A stretch of 64,000 bases of DNA from positions 18,026 through 82,025 of the IMG/VR virus record IMGVR_UViG_2895374923_000003, one strand, 5' to 3'. The position numbers and the translations under genes were made by a program. Shown here piece by piece: positions 27,989-36,508 of the stretch (position 1 is the stretch's first letter; each line of letters begins with the position of its first letter). Source of the DNA: a virus (lineage: Duplodnaviria > Caudoviricetes). A model generated the notes under the pieces. The model was not told where the DNA came from and ran no database searches. It was given only the letters and a program-made list of their open reading frames with translations.

Positions 27989-28383
27989 TGGTCCTCAAGC
28001 CCCGCACCCGCGCCCCCGACTGGAGCGCCAGCGGTAACCCCACCCGGGCCGCCAAGTGCCTGCCGTTTCGGCCCAACCCCCGGCGCGACCCCTGGTTCGA
28101 CCCCGCCCAGTACAGCGACGCCCTGGCCGTCTGCAACGGCGAAGCCGACGGCCTCGTCTGCCCCATGCGCCAGCAATGCCTGGAGTTCGCCTGCATCAAC
28201 AACGAGTCCATCGGCATCTGGGGCGGCCTGCCCCCACACGACCGGCGCGCACTGCGCTGGGAGCGCAAGGCCCACCTGAAGAACCCCAAGACCCGAACAA
28301 CACCGTGGGAGTGGACGTGGCACCCGCCAACCCAGCAGGAAAGCGCCGACCTCGAAGCGGAGGAAAGCCCCCTGCTGGCCTGA
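27988..28383 (+). CDS. WhiB-family transcription regulator
   Basis: Four Cys (AAKC..AVC..VCPMRQQC) and GIWGG motif. Confidence 0.85.
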   Translation: MVLKPRTRAPDWSASGNPTRAAKCLPFRPNPRRDPWFDPAQYSDALAVCNGEADGLVCPMRQQCLEFACINNESIGIWGGLPPHDRRALRWERKAHLKNPKTRTTPWEWTWHPPTQQESADLEAEESPLLA

Positions 28384-29615
28384 AACTGACCGGCCGCCTG
28401 GCCGATCTGGGCGCCACCAAGAAGGAAGGCGGCCTGCTCGGCGACATCCAAGCCCACCTCATCGCCAAGGCCGATGCCCCCTCCGACCGGCGCCAGGACA
28501 TCATCCACCCCAGCGAGATGGCCTCGGCCGAATGGTGCCCCCGCCAGACCTTCTACCGCATCCGCGACGTGCGCCAGGGCACCCCCGTCACCGCGGACAA
28601 GCACGGCCTCGGCTTGCTGTCCATCTTCGAGGAGGGGCACAGCCTGCACGCCAAGTGGCAGAGCTGGATCCGGCAGATGGGCCGCCTGAAAGGCCGCTGG
28701 GACTGCCTGACCTGCCAACGCAAGGGCGTCGACTTCGGCGAGGACCCCATCTCCTGCCCCAAGTGCGACAGCGTCGTCGGCCTGGTCTACGGCGAGGTCC
28801 CCCTGGACGGGGAGAAGGAGCACCTGATCGCCGGGCACGCCGACGGCTGGGTGGGGGAGTCCTTCATTGAGATCAAGTCCATCGGCAAGGGCACCTTGCG
28901 CCTGGACGTGCCTGAGCTGGTGCGCGAGCACACCCACCCGACCACCGCGGGCAAGAAGCTGCTCGACCTGGACGGCATCTGGGCGGCCATCAAACGCCCC
29001 CTGGCGCCTCACGTCCGGCAGGCCAATATCTACCTGCACCTGGCCGCCCTGACGGGAATCCCGGTCAAGTCGATGATCTTCATCTACGAGTTCAAAGCCA
29101 ACCAGCAGACCCGCAGCTTCGAGATCAAGCCATCGCCGCGCATCCTCGAGCCCCTGCTGGCCAGAGCAGACGCCATCCGCGACGCCATAGCCGGCGGGCC
29201 GCTGCCTGACCGCGCGCACCACGAACCCGACAAGAAGCCCTGCGCAAGCTGTGCCTGGGTGAAGGAGTGCTGGAAGGTTGAGGACGGTATCCCGCAGCCG
29301 GAACCTGACCACGGCCAAGGCCGAGGCGAGGATCCAGGCCCGGCAGGAGCGGGCGTACGCCGAGTTGCACGCACCCGACCGCCCGGCCGAGATGCCACCG
29401 GCCGTCCCGAACGACGTGACCGAGCTCGACGACCGGGAGCTGATGCGTCTGTTCGGCGAGATGACCCAGTGGGTCGGGTACTACGCCGGGCTACTGGCCA
29501 AGGCCCAGATCGCCGAGAAGTACGCCGACAGCATCCTGGAGATCCGCCGCGCCCAGGCCGTGATCGGCAAGCTGTCCAAGACCGTGACGGCAGCCAAGGC
29601 CGAGGCCGCCTCTGA
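28317..29615 (+). CDS. Cas4-like PD-(D/E)XK exonuclease
   Basis: IHPSE..WCPRQ, GHSLH, GHADG..IEIKS, RQANIY, C-terminal CASC..C; start uncertain (28305-28317); reading frame runs on to 29615. Confidence 0.8.
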   Translation: MAPANPAGKRRPRSGGKPPAGLKLTGRLADLGATKKEGGLLGDIQAHLIAKADAPSDRRQDIIHPSEMASAEWCPRQTFYRIRDVRQGTPVTADKHGLGLLSIFEEGHSLHAKWQSWIRQMGRLKGRWDCLTCQRKGVDFGEDPISCPKCDSVVGLVYGEVPLDGEKEHLIAGHADGWVGESFIEIKSIGKGTLRLDVPELVREHTHPTTAGKKLLDLDGIWAAIKRPLAPHVRQANIYLHLAALTGIPVKSMIFIYEFKANQQTRSFEIKPSPRILEPLLARADAIRDAIAGGPLPDRAHHEPDKKPCASCAWVKECWKVEDGIPQPEPDHGQGRGEDPGPAGAGVRRVARTRPPGRDATGRPERRDRARRPGADASVRRDDPVGRVLRRATGQGPDRREVRRQHPGDPPRPGRDRQAVQDRDGSQGRGRL

Positions 29616-29787
29616 CCAGGACGTGGTCGACGCCCAGAACCACTGCCTGGACGCCTACGCCACCCGCAAGCAACACCAGATCGGCTACGAGAACGCCGAC
29701 CGGCTGAGCTCGTTCCTCTCGCGCGAGCTCACCCGCCGCACCGCCCGATCTGACCGCGACAGCCGAGCAGCCCGGTGGACGACCTAA
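29278..29787 (+). CDS. Helical hypothetical protein (possible recombination mediator)
   Basis: Phage codon usage, helical sequence, within recombination cluster; function is inference. Confidence 0.6.
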   Translation: MRTVSRSRNLTTAKAEARIQARQERAYAELHAPDRPAEMPPAVPNDVTELDDRELMRLFGEMTQWVGYYAGLLAKAQIAEKYADSILEIRRAQAVIGKLSKTVTAAKAEAASDQDVVDAQNHCLDAYATRKQHQIGYENADRLSSFLSRELTRRTARSDRDSRAARWTT

Positions 29788-29880
29788 CAGCGCCGCGCCC
29801 AACCCGTTTGCGGCCGAGCCGTTACCAGCGGCTGAGCCACCGGCCGAGACATCCACCACCAACCACCAGGAGAAACCACC

Positions 29881-30561
29881 ATGCGAGTCACCCTGCTGAG
29901 CTCAAGTAGGGCCAGCAACGAAGTGCTCGTCCGGGTCGCCCACCCCGACGAGCGTGACACCGACGCGGACCTGATCGCCGAGTACGCCGGGCGCATCTGC
30001 TACCAGAGCTGGCACAAACCCAACCCGGCCACCCGCCGCAACACCGACTACCTGGCCAACATCCTCGAGCAGGGCCACCACAGCGTCCTGGAGCACACCC
30101 ACGCGGCCTTCCTCATCGAGGGCGTGTCCCGGCACCTGCTCGGCGAACTCACCCGCCACCGGCACGCCGGATTCTCCGTCGAGTCGCTGCGCTACTGCCC
30201 GCCCCGCGACTACACCCTCCACCCCACCCTGGCCGAGCAGGAGAACCCCATGATCCGCCGGGTCCTCCAGGAGTCCTGGCGCACCGCGAGCGACCACTAC
30301 GACTGGCTCTACAAGTACCTGATCGCCTCCGGCTACAAGATCAAGGAAGCCCGCGAGGCAGCCGCCCAGGTGCTGCCCCTGAACACCAGCACCGACCTGG
30401 TCGCCTCGGCGAACTTCCGCGGCTGGCGCGACCTGCTGAGCAAGCGGCTCGACCTCACGGCCAACCGCGAGATCCGTCGGCTCGCCGAGCGCCTGCTGGC
30501 CGAGCTCCGCACCCTCGCCCCGAACTCCGTCCAAGACATCACGCTGAAGGAGCAGGCGTGA
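29881..30561 (+). CDS. thyX: Flavin-dependent thymidylate synthase
   Basis: AGRICYQS, GHHSVLEH, ELTRHRH.GFSVESLRY, EAREAA..LP. Confidence 0.95.
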   Translation: MRVTLLSSSRASNEVLVRVAHPDERDTDADLIAEYAGRICYQSWHKPNPATRRNTDYLANILEQGHHSVLEHTHAAFLIEGVSRHLLGELTRHRHAGFSVESLRYCPPRDYTLHPTLAEQENPMIRRVLQESWRTASDHYDWLYKYLIASGYKIKEAREAAAQVLPLNTSTDLVASANFRGWRDLLSKRLDLTANREIRRLAERLLAELRTLAPNSVQDITLKEQA

Positions 30562-30689
30562 ACAGCTACCTCGACACCCTCCTACACGGCCTGATCTTCG
30601 GCGTCACCGTCGCCGTGATCGCTGGCCTGCTCGCCCCCATCTCCGTCATCGTCATGAACGCCTACCTGCGATGGAAGGCCCGCCGATGA
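30558..30689 (+). CDS. Small membrane protein (43 aa)
   Basis: MNSYLDTLLHGLIFGVTVAVIAGLLAPISVIV..; AAGGAG RBS; 4-bp overlaps. Confidence 0.55.
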   Translation: MNSYLDTLLHGLIFGVTVAVIAGLLAPISVIVMNAYLRWKARR

Positions 30690-30823
30690 CCGAGATCCTC
30701 ATCGCGGTCATCGCAGCCGCCGCGCTGTTTGCCACCTACCGGTTCGGACACGCCATGGGCCACGCCGACGCCACCATCGACCTCGCCCTGGCCTCCCTGC
30801 GCGAGCTGGAGGAGCGCCAGTGA
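30686..30823 (+). CDS. Small membrane protein (45 aa)
   Basis: MTEILIAVIAAAALFATY..; 4-bp overlaps on both sides. Confidence 0.55.
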   Translation: MTEILIAVIAAAALFATYRFGHAMGHADATIDLALASLRELEERQ

Positions 30824-31386
30824 AGCTGATCATCGGCCTGCACGGCTTCGCCCAGTCAGGCAAGGACACCTTCGCCGACGCCCTCGTCCGAAACTACGAC
30901 TTCCGCAAGGTGGCCTTCGCCGACCCCGTGCGTGAGCTGCTGGCTGAGCAGAATCCCGTCGCCCTGTTCGAGGACGGCCACCCCGTACGGCTGCGCGAGC
31001 TGGTCGACCGGTTCGGCTGGGACGAGGCCAAGCAGATCTACCCCCCGGTGCGCGAACTGCTCCAGTCGACCGGCATGAGTGTGCGCCAGGTGCTGGGAGC
31101 GCGCACCTGGATCGACGAGGCGTTCCGCCGGGCCGAGGGCGCCGACCGCGTGGTCTTCTCTGACGTGCGCATGACCAACGAGGCCGCCCTGCTGCGCGAC
31201 CTGTACGGCGCCACCCTGGTCAAGGTCGAACGGCCCGGCGTCGGCCCGGTCAACGACCACATCAGCGACGCCGGACTGCCCGAGCCGCTGTTCGACTGGC
31301 GCATCACCAACTCCAGCACCATCGCTGACCTGATCGCCCAGGCCGACATGCTCATCCACCGCCTGACCATCCGGAGAACCCGCTGA
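30820..31386 (+). CDS. Deoxynucleoside monophosphate kinase
   Basis: IIGLHGFAQSGKDT, FADPVRE, RELLQ..G, VFSDVRMTNEA. Confidence 0.9.
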   Translation: MKLIIGLHGFAQSGKDTFADALVRNYDFRKVAFADPVRELLAEQNPVALFEDGHPVRLRELVDRFGWDEAKQIYPPVRELLQSTGMSVRQVLGARTWIDEAFRRAEGADRVVFSDVRMTNEAALLRDLYGATLVKVERPGVGPVNDHISDAGLPEPLFDWRITNSSTIADLIAQADMLIHRLTIRRTR

Positions 31387-31604
31387 TGAGCGCGCCCACC
31401 ATCACCGACATCTTCGCCATGGGCGGCCGACTGTACGCCTCCCGCCGCGCCCTGAACTGCGCCATCACCGCCGACTACGGCCGCCCCCCGTACAGCTACA
31501 CCGTCCGGCCGACCGTCTACCAGGCGTTCGGCAACGTCAACGGCGAGATCGAGTGGGGCGAGGTCACGGAAGAGTTCGCCCGCCCGGCAGGGGAGGGGGC
31601 GTGA
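31386..31604 (+). CDS. Hypothetical protein
   Basis: Operon spacing, phage codon usage. Confidence 0.55.
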   Translation: MSAPTITDIFAMGGRLYASRRALNCAITADYGRPPYSYTVRPTVYQAFGNVNGEIEWGEVTEEFARPAGEGA

Positions 31605-32182
31605 TGCAGCTCGCCCTGCCCGGCATGCCCGAACCCGAGCCGCTGTTTGTCGGGCTGGACCAGTCCTATACCGGCTTTGGGCTGATCGTCCTCGGCCCGG
31701 ACACCGGCATCGTCAAAGCCATCACCGGCACCTGGCCCGCCAAGAAGCACGGCAGCGGCGTGATGCGGCTGCTGGAGATCTACCACTGGCTGTGGAAGGA
31801 ACTGTCGCCCTACCGCGACCGCATCGAGCACGTGGTCATGGAGGGCTACGCGTATGAGGCCCGGTTCGGGCGCGAGCAGGCCGGCGAACTCGGCGCCACC
31901 GTCAAGCTGGCCTTGGCCGAGGCCCTTCCCGACCCGATCCGCTACCCGACGATCGTCCCGCCGCCCCAGCTCAAGCAGTTCGCCACAGGCAGGGGCAACG
32001 CCAGCAAAGACGACATGATCACGGCCGCAGCGCAGCACGGGTTCGTGACCAAGAACCACAATCTCGCCGACGCCTACCTGTGTGCCCGGCTCGCCCACCT
32101 GGCCGTCGCTGGCACCACCAATCCCGCCCAGGAAAGCGTGCTGAGAAAGCTCACACTCCTCACCGAACGGCACGCCGCCTGA
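31601..32182 (+). CDS. RuvC-like Holliday junction resolvase
   Basis: VGLDQSYTGFG, VVMEGY, P.QLKQFATGRGNASKDDM, NLADA. Confidence 0.85.
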   Translation: MMQLALPGMPEPEPLFVGLDQSYTGFGLIVLGPDTGIVKAITGTWPAKKHGSGVMRLLEIYHWLWKELSPYRDRIEHVVMEGYAYEARFGREQAGELGATVKLALAEALPDPIRYPTIVPPPQLKQFATGRGNASKDDMITAAAQHGFVTKNHNLADAYLCARLAHLAVAGTTNPAQESVLRKLTLLTERHAA

Positions 32183-32314
32183 CCGATGAGATACCAGTCG
32201 CCCCGCCCGGAACAATCCGTGCGGGGCGACTTCGTATTAACAAAAGAAAAACCGCCGAATCTACCCTGGAAGGAAGATTCCCAACACGGAGCATTTCCCT
32301 TTCAGGAGCCCTAT

Positions 32315-32599
32315 ATGAGCCTGCCCGACGACAACGAGGTGCTGCTGCGCGTCGCCTCGACCACCAGCTCTTCCTCCCTGGCCGCCACCATCAGCCACGC
32401 CGTCTACGACGGCAAACGCGTCTGGCTGCGGGCCATCGGAGCGGGCGCGGTGAACCAGAGCGTCAAGGCCCTGGCCATCGCCTGCGGATTTGTCGGCTCG
32501 CGCGGCTACTCCCTGTCGTTTCGCCCGTCATTCGAGACGGTGAAACTCGCCGACGGGTCACCCACGGCCATCAACATCCGCGTCATCGCCGAACGCTGA
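32315..32599 (+). CDS. spoVS: SpoVS-family (Alba-like fold) protein
   Basis: LLRVASTT..SLAATIS..LRAIGAGAVNQSVKALAIA.GF; AGGAG RBS before ATG 32315. Confidence 0.85.
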   Translation: MSLPDDNEVLLRVASTTSSSSLAATISHAVYDGKRVWLRAIGAGAVNQSVKALAIACGFVGSRGYSLSFRPSFETVKLADGSPTAINIRVIAER

Positions 32600-32667
32600 A
32601 TTAATTTCCGGGCGGCCAGAAAATCTACACTGGAAAAGCGGACGAACCAAAAAGGAAAGGCGGATTC

Positions 32668-32922
32668 GTGGACGGTTCCAGAAACGGCGGATTCGCAGAC
32701 TCCGCCCGCGCGGCCACCATGACCCGCTTCTACTCCCGGCAGGTCGGCGCCGGGCGCGCAGGCCATCGTCGGCGCTCGGTGCTGGAGCCGTACGCCGCCA
32801 GCCCCAACGGCCACTCGCCCTCCGACGCCCAGCGCATGCTGCCCAGCGGCGATGTCCTGCCCTCCGTCAACGGCGTGTCCGCAGAGACCTACGACCGGCG
32901 CACCTGGCTGGGCGCGTCCTGA
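32668..32922 (+). CDS. Hypothetical protein
   Basis: AAGGAAAGG RBS; own promoter-like AT-rich leader. Confidence 0.55.
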   Translation: MDGSRNGGFADSARAATMTRFYSRQVGAGRAGHRRRSVLEPYAASPNGHSPSDAQRMLPSGDVLPSVNGVSAETYDRRTWLGAS

Positions 32923-32936
32923 CCCGAGGAGAGTCC

Positions 32937-33251
32937 GTGAAGGACAAGACGACCACCACCTTCCCCACCATGGGCACGCAGGCGTCGACGTTCGTCAACC
33001 GCTCGGCCGAACGCGGCCCCACCCAGACCAGCGTCCTCAAGAGCGGCAACGCCAAGGGCGGCATGATCGAGGCCGTCCTGCACGGCTACCGCCAGCAGAT
33101 CCCCGAGCGGCTCGGCCACAAGGGCGCCGTCCAGGCCACCTACGTCTACCCCAACGCTGAGGAGTCGGCCGCCACCGGCCGCAACGTCTACACCGTCCCG
33201 TCCAAGGCCGGACTCGGCGACTTCTACCTGCACCAGAACCGGGGAGCCTGA
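32937..33251 (+). CDS. Hypothetical protein
   Basis: GAGGAG RBS; phage codon usage. Confidence 0.6.
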   Translation: MKDKTTTTFPTMGTQASTFVNRSAERGPTQTSVLKSGNAKGGMIEAVLHGYRQQIPERLGHKGAVQATYVYPNAEESAATGRNVYTVPSKAGLGDFYLHQNRGA

Positions 33252-33252
33252 C

Positions 33253-33456
33253 ATGCCCGGACCCCTGCTGGCTGCCATCCCGGCCGTCCTGGGCACGGTC
33301 GCCCGGGCCGCCGGGCCCCAGCTCCTGCGCGCGGCGGCTGGCGCGGCAGCCCGCGGCGCCGTCAGCAAGAGCGCTCAGTTCGCCGAGTCGGCGATGAACC
33401 ACAGCGCGGCTGCCCTGCACACCCAGCCCCCCGCCCCTGACGTTCAGGGGCCGTAG
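33253..33456 (+). CDS. Ala-rich hypothetical protein
   Basis: Operon spacing; amphipathic/hydrophobic N-terminus. Confidence 0.5.
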   Translation: MPGPLLAAIPAVLGTVARAAGPQLLRAAAGAAARGAVSKSAQFAESAMNHSAAALHTQPPAPDVQGP

Positions 33457-33974
33457 TGCCCTGGTCCTACAACACCTTCGTCGCCCAGCCCGGCGGCACC
33501 ACCACGGGCGGAGGCGGCGGAGCCGGGACCGGCTACCGCGACCTGCTCGACGCCAAGCGCTCGGGCCGCGTCCCCGCCATCCCCTCAGCCCAGTACCCCG
33601 ACGGCTACCTCGGCACGATCGCCTCACGCCGCGAGGACCGGCTGCTCAACTCCGTCAAGGCCAAGCTCAACCAGCGCTCCTACCAGCGCGGGGTCCACAA
33701 GGGCGAGCGCGTCGCGCCCGCGGACTACTTCTGGACCGCCGAGGTCAACCCCCAAGCCGGCCTCCAGGCTCAGGCCCGCGGCACCAAGTGGACCGCCAAG
33801 GGAGACGCCGTCGAGCGGCTCGCCCACGGCGGCAAGAACGCCCTGGTCAGCCCCGAGGAACTCGGCCGCCTGGCCGCCCAGTACGGCGTGCAGGTCACCG
33901 ACCCGGCCGCCCGCCGCGAATCAAACCCCCAGTTCGCCGAGCAGATGCGCCGCCATCTGCCCACCTGGAAGTAG
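33456..33974 (+). CDS. Hypothetical phage protein (YPDGYLGTI..QRSYQRGVHKGER motif)
   Basis: Long ORF with phage codon usage and a Gly-rich N-terminus. Confidence 0.65.
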   Translation: MPWSYNTFVAQPGGTTTGGGGGAGTGYRDLLDAKRSGRVPAIPSAQYPDGYLGTIASRREDRLLNSVKAKLNQRSYQRGVHKGERVAPADYFWTAEVNPQAGLQAQARGTKWTAKGDAVERLAHGGKNALVSPEELGRLAAQYGVQVTDPAARRESNPQFAEQMRRHLPTWK

Positions 33975-33977
33975 AGC

Positions 33978-35531
33978 ATGCCCCCCAAGAAGAAGGGTCC
34001 GGCCGACCCCAACCTCAACCCGATCACCGGCCAGCCCGCCAACACATTCACCGCCACCACCGGGCGCGAACTGTCCCGCGCGGTCAACGCCAAGCAGTTC
34101 GAGGGTCCCGCAGCCGACGCCACCCGGATGCGCCGTCTGCACCGCGAGGTCACCGCCCCCGGCGGCAGCGCTGACGCCCAGCTCGGCTACCGGCGGCCAG
34201 AGGGCATGTCCCACGGCGATTTCACCTGGCTGGCCGGTGGCCACCGCATGTTTCCCAACACCGCGGCCGAGCGCGGCAGCCCCGCGATCAACCAGCCGCA
34301 CGAGCATCACCCCGAGATCACCGTGCAGCGGCGGGCCGAGGACCTGACGGGCCCGGAGTACCGCAAGGGCGAGGCGGTGCTGGCGCACTACGGCCACGAC
34401 CCGAGGAACCCGGTCGGCTCCCTGGAGAAGACCCATCACCAGGCACTTGACCGGGTCATGGCCGAGCACATCCAGGCGGGCGTGAACGAGTCCGGCTCCC
34501 AGATGTTCTACGGCGGCAGGCCCACCACCCGCCTTCCCGACGCTGACCTGCAAAAGCGTCACGATGAGAGCATGATGTCGGCCTACGGCCGCCTCGAACA
34601 GGCCCATCACAACGTGATGAGCCACCAGCAGTTCGCGGACAACCCGGTCATGGCTCGCGCGGTGACCAACCAGGCCGTGGCCGACACATCTCCGAACTCC
34701 AAGTGGCGCTCGAAGGACTCATGGCCCAACATCGAGCAGGCCGAAGAGGCAGTGAGCGCAGCGGTCGAAGGCCGCGACCCGAGGTTCATCTCCGGCCGCA
34801 AGCAGAACAACTACAAGGTGGTCGAGCGCACTCTGCACAGCCTGTCCACCGGAGACCCGTCGACCCATCACTACGGCGACCCGTACTCCGCGGCCAAGAC
34901 GATCGCCTTCCGCGGCGCGCTGGCCGACAAGGACCACGCCGACGCCTACAAGGTCAGCGACATCCATGAGGCGTCCGTCGTCGCGCCGGGCCTGCCCACC
35001 AGCAAGTCGAAGATGTACACCGGCGCCGACGGTAAGAAGTTCCCGTACTACGCCGACCAGCCCGTCTCGGCGGTCAGGGGCGCGACCCCGGTCATCAAGA
35101 CCACCGTGAGCGAGAAGACCGGGAAGGTCACCGAGAAGCACGACACCGGCAACAGCCGCCCCGAGCAGATGCTGTCGGACGGCAAGAGCTACGTCCACGC
35201 CCTCAACGACTACGCCACCCGCCGGGTGGCCGCCGAGCGCGGCCTCAGCCGCGGCGTCAACTACGCCGACAACGCCCACACCATCCAGGCCGCCGCCTGG
35301 GGCAGCCAGCAGATGCGCCGCGCAGACGTGATGGTCAGCCACGCCGACCAGTACCCGGTCGTGCGTGACTGGGCCTCAGAAGGCGCGCAGTCACTGAGTC
35401 CGGAATGGTCGTCCCACTTCGGGGAGCACTCCGGAATGCACCTGGGGGCACAGTTCCGGCCGAACCCGAACACGAAGATCAACACCAATCCGAGCAAGGA
35501 CAAGCCCTACCCGGTCATGCCGGGCGACTAG
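33978..35531 (+). CDS. Hypothetical protein with a DUF7178-like / HhH glycosylase-like domain
   Basis: MFY..AVADTSPNSKW..NIEQA..K..AF..SDIHE..IQAAAW resembles the WY..SP..W..N..K..F..D.H..QA..W pattern; family call from memory. Confidence 0.45.
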   Translation: MPPKKKGPADPNLNPITGQPANTFTATTGRELSRAVNAKQFEGPAADATRMRRLHREVTAPGGSADAQLGYRRPEGMSHGDFTWLAGGHRMFPNTAAERGSPAINQPHEHHPEITVQRRAEDLTGPEYRKGEAVLAHYGHDPRNPVGSLEKTHHQALDRVMAEHIQAGVNESGSQMFYGGRPTTRLPDADLQKRHDESMMSAYGRLEQAHHNVMSHQQFADNPVMARAVTNQAVADTSPNSKWRSKDSWPNIEQAEEAVSAAVEGRDPRFISGRKQNNYKVVERTLHSLSTGDPSTHHYGDPYSAAKTIAFRGALADKDHADAYKVSDIHEASVVAPGLPTSKSKMYTGADGKKFPYYADQPVSAVRGATPVIKTTVSEKTGKVTEKHDTGNSRPEQMLSDGKSYVHALNDYATRRVAAERGLSRGVNYADNAHTIQAAAWGSQQMRRADVMVSHADQYPVVRDWASEGAQSLSPEWSSHFGEHSGMHLGAQFRPNPNTKINTNPSKDKPYPVMPGD

Positions 35532-35695
35532 ATGTAGTCGCGCTCGCCGTAGTAGAACTCGGCGTCCTCCTCGGAACCGCCCCGTTCCAAGAACTCCTCC
35601 CGGGTCATGTCCCCGGGTTCCAGCGACGTCCCAGGGCTGTCCAGTTCCGGCCCATCGAGCTCGGAGTCGAACTCCTCGCTGCTGCTCTCGCTCAT
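35528..35695 (-). CDS. Small very acidic protein (55 aa)
   Basis: MSESSSEEFDSELDGPELDSPGTSLEPGDMTREEFLERGGSEEDAEFYYGERDYI; -10-like TAGCAT 6 nt before ATG (leaderless layout); absent from the ORF track. Confidence 0.6.
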   Translation of the reverse strand: MSESSSEEFDSELDGPELDSPGTSLEPGDMTREEFLERGGSEEDAEFYYGERDYI

Positions 35696-35726
35696 GCCCG
35701 CATGCTACCGGAAAGGTGTTCGATTA

Positions 35727-35990
35727 GTGCCCGCTGGACCCTGGGCGTCGCTGCCCGAAAACCTCGTGAGTGACCGCCTGGACGAGCTGATGAACGCCTC
35801 GGCGCAGGCGATGAACGCCATCAGGCCACCGATCCCCAACATCGGCCGGGTCGCCCCCCGCTACGGCCTGGGCAAGCACGTCATCGAGGTGGCCGACGTC
35901 GTCCGCCTGGACGAGCTCTACCCCGGCCCCAAAGCAGACCCGCTGTCGGCCCGGCCTGGTTACTCGGGGACCGAACATTACCATTTGTGA
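35727..35990 (+). CDS. Hypothetical protein
   Basis: GAAAGGTG RBS before GTG 35727. Confidence 0.55.
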   Translation: MPAGPWASLPENLVSDRLDELMNASAQAMNAIRPPIPNIGRVAPRYGLGKHVIEVADVVRLDELYPGPKADPLSARPGYSGTEHYHL

Positions 35991-36047
35991 CGCCATTTTA
36001 AATACGCTGGGAAATGTCCACGTCGGAATTATCCAGGAAGGGCGCAC

Positions 36048-36212
36048 ATGGGCACTCGAAAGCCGATGGCAGCGACCGACCGGCGCCGTGGCGGAATTGG
36101 CGACAACGTGCGTTTCACCGTCCCGAAGGACACCGACGGCGCCGGGCCTCCGCTCGCGGAGATATTCAACGACCGGCGCAAGCCCAACGGAACCGGAAAG
36201 CGAATCGCCTAA
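36048..36212 (+). CDS. Small basic protein (54 aa)
   Basis: MGTRKPMAATDRRRGGIGDNVRF..; GGAAGG RBS; stop abuts the next ATG. Confidence 0.5.
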   Translation: MGTRKPMAATDRRRGGIGDNVRFTVPKDTDGAGPPLAEIFNDRRKPNGTGKRIA

Positions 36213-36383
36213 ATGGCCTACCCCACCTCCCGCAGCATGAGCGCCGAACTGGCCGAGGGCATCACCGACGGCGCCGTCCGCAAGCCCGCCCCCGATCGGG
36301 GCGGTCTTGGCCACAGCCCCGCCAACGCCTACCCCGGCCACGTCATGACCGGCGTGATCGGCCCGAAGGGCGGCCTGGCATGA
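36213..36383 (+). CDS. Small hypothetical protein (56 aa)
   Basis: MAYPTSRSMSAELAEGITDGAVRK..; ATGA overlap with the next ORF. Confidence 0.55.
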   Translation: MAYPTSRSMSAELAEGITDGAVRKPAPDRGGLGHSPANAYPGHVMTGVIGPKGGLA

Positions 36384-36508
36384 GCGAGCTCGACCACTCC
36401 CCGCGGCCCCTGGCCCCGCAGAACAAGGCGGCCGTCACCCCCGAGGACGGTGAGCAGGACGGCGAGATCCTGGACCTGCCCGTCTACGACGGCGGGAGCG
36501 GCTGGTGA
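36380..36508 (+). CDS. Small acidic protein (42 aa)
   Basis: 4-bp overlaps on both sides; directly precedes the endolysin. Confidence 0.5.
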   Translation: MSELDHSPRPLAPQNKAAVTPEDGEQDGEILDLPVYDGGSGW

